A DNA stretch of 64,000 nucleotides, from assembly GCA_964252035.1 (NCBI GenBank), contig OZ176201.1; one strand, 5' to 3'. The notes below the pieces were generated by a model. It saw only the letters and a list, made by a program, of their open reading frames with translations. It did no database searches and was not told the origin of the DNA. Shown here in pieces: positions 61,681-64,000 of this stretch. Source of the DNA: Podarcis erhardii. Taxonomy: Eukaryota. The stretch's first letter is position 1. Each line of letters opens with the position of its first letter. Position numbers and translations under genes: made by a program.

Positions 61681-62149
61681 TGAGCTGTATCAGCTCATGC
61701 AAAGCACAGTCCTAATTGGCCCCCACTCTCATTGCAAAGACAATTCAATAAATTCAAAATTACACACCTCTTAACAAGTTAGTGCATGTGGGGCACAGCA
61801 ATCCAAACAGGGTGGGGAATGACGGCAGAAGTACTGCCAGAACCAAAGCCCTGCCAGGTCCATATCAGCAGGGCAGAAGGTTTCCTTTTTCCTTTTCCTC
61901 CCCCCCCCCTTTTTTTTTTTTTTTTGCTTTCATTAGTTGACATATTGCCTTCCCTCATAAAAATCTGGACTTTTAATTCAGTGGATCCAAAGCTTCACCC
62001 GATCTACCCCTGGAACACATCCTCTTTGTCACCTCCAGTGTTGCTAGTACTGGCAGTGGAAGGATATTGATACATGACTGCTGTGTGGTGGTGTCTGTAT
62101 GTGGAGGTCTCCTGCTCTACTTGAGGAACTCTGACTCCACCAGGAGTGT

Positions 62150-62435
62150 CTAATGAACCTGGGTGATGGGAGATCCAGGACAGACAATGTACTTCCTCAC
62201 ATAGCCCATAGTTAAACTATGGACAGCTCTCCCACTAGACATGATGGACACCAACTTCGGGGGCTTTGACAGGAGCTTAGACAAATTCATTTTGGATAGT
62301 GGTCTCAGCATGCTTCTGAATACCAGCTGCTGGATAATTGCTTGTGCATTTCCTGTAGGCAAATGGTTCCCCGCTATGGGCAACAGGATTCTGGACTAGA
62401 TCTCTGCTCTGATCCAACAGGTGCCTTCTTATGTT
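62150..62435 (+). mobile_element. Old CR1 3' end
   Basis: Decayed ORF2 C-terminus (TACTTCCTCACATAG...GCTTAGACAAATTCAT), then CTGGACTAGAT...CTTCTTATGTTTTTATG tail. Confidence 0.7.
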
Positions 62436-63060
62436 TTTATGTAACATAGTCACTGTGGACAAATTGCCAAACATAGTAGCATTAATAAAGCTGGAATGAG
62501 AATGAGCGTGCTAATGTGAAATTAATATGCTCCCTGACAAACTGATTACCCAAACACAGTAGTAAAGAATGGAGCATCTAAACAGCATATAACTTGGAGA
62601 AATGAAGTTATGCAGCTAAAATGTCATTAATTAACCCAGAGAAGAGAAAACATAGCTCACAGCTTTAAATGTAGAGCAGCAGTTAGTATGAGGGCACTTG
62701 GCTATGTAATCTAAGGAGACTAGTATGCAACAGACAGAGAAGAAAGTAATTATTGGCCCTTTCAGTTAGCAAAATATCCTGTTTTCTATTCCAAATTCAA
62801 TTTCATAGTGAATGCCAGGACCGGGGGTGGGGGAAGGGAGCAAATATATTTCTACTGGAAGAATCAGTTCAGGTTTATATATTATACAACAGTATGATTA
62901 ATCATGGTTTACAGAATCCATCCTGGTTTCTGATTCAATCCTAGAATGGCCCACTTTTTCTTAGAATGTCCCTATTTTCATCGAAAAAATATCGGAATTG
63001 GGTATGGAGTTATGTATTTCCTGATACAAAGTCAAGGAGATAATTAACTATACCTTTAGA

Positions 63061-63219
63061 AGACATCTGAAGGCAGTCCTATATATGGAAGTTTTTTAAA
63101 ATGTTAAATGTTTTATTATGTTGGGAGCCACCCAGATTGGCTGGGGCAACCCAGTCAGATGGGTGGGATATAAATAAAATTATATAATAATAATGATGAT
63201 GATGATAATAATAATATTT
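63061..63219 (+). mobile_element. L2-type 3' end with (AAT/GAT)n tail
   Basis: GACATCTGAAGGCAG...TTGGGAGCCACCCAGATTGGCTGGGGCAACCCAGTCAGATGGG...ATAAAT. Confidence 0.7.
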
Positions 63220-64000
63220 AATATGACATCCCAATTTTCACTGGAGAATGTTGTAGGGTATGGGACTGCGGCCAGTGTAAAATGAGCTAATTATAAATCT
63301 ACATGCAATTTTAACAGCTGGGCAGGTCTGCAAATGGTCATGCACACTTTAGGCAGGTGGCCTCCTGGTATTGTTTGAATTAATATAGCAGCAGTGGAAT
63401 TCTCCCCAAGGTTGCAAATTTGATGAGTGTCGTCAGTAAAGGTGACCCTGTGGCTATAAATATAAGTATCACTTTTGTTAAACCAGATTTTAAATTATTG
63501 GTATGGCCTATCTATGCCGCAAAACTACACAAATATTCTTAATATAGTTGCAATTATCGGGGTACCAGGTGGAGGTAAGCAAGCAGAAATACAGAAAGAA
63601 GTTTACAAAAAGAGCACGTGACATGTAAAAAAGGGGAAAGCACAAAACCTTGTAACTCTCTCTTTAAAACTAGGAAATGTCATTTCTACAGGATTTTTCA
63701 GCGAGCCTTCAGAACTGAGGAGCTACGTTTGTGCGATAGACAGACATTTATATGACAGTTTCTAAATGCTAAAGAAAGGTTATCATTCTCTGAAGGGCCT
63801 ATCTATGGGGATATGGTTTCCATGCCAATGAGTGCAGTAATTATGTTCTTGAGCATCTGCATGTCTCTTTCATTGTGTCTATAGAAGTGGTGATGCACTA
63901 CAAAAGCTCCATTGCCTCCCTTTCCCAGGTACTCAATCCTTACAGAAGAGTTAAGACTGACTTTGAGACTCAGATGCCCAGGCAACCTAGCTCATAAGGG

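Overview
Vertebrate, not prokaryotic, genomic DNA. The repeat complement points to a squamate, most likely a lacertid lizard: lacertid-type Sauria/Squam1 SINE, Squam2 and Squam3 SINEs, BovB, CR1, L2, L1, and hAT and Tigger-like MITEs. I could not identify any host protein-coding exon. The window looks like a large intron or gene desert: AT-rich unique sequence with several enhancer-like blocks, many TE insertions, and a 200-N assembly gap at 47764-47963. Main items: (1) the 5' half of a full-length, young L1 on the minus strand (1-2650). ORF1 and the in-window part of ORF2 each carry one in-frame stop, and ORF1 has a tandemly expanded coiled-coil heptad. (2) A decayed SGNH-hydrolase (esterase) reading frame on the minus strand (38364-38950). 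It is invisible in the ORF track because it is split over two frames, it is preceded by splice-like signals, and it probably derives from a Ngaro-type tyrosine-recombinase retrotransposon. (3) A solo-LTR-like element nested in a Tigger-like MITE. (4) A BovB insertion that fuses an inverted endonuclease fragment to the extreme 3' tail inside one target-site duplication. Nearly all other ORFs in the supplied track are chance ORFs or TE fragments. Family names come from my recollection of consensus sequences, not from a database search.
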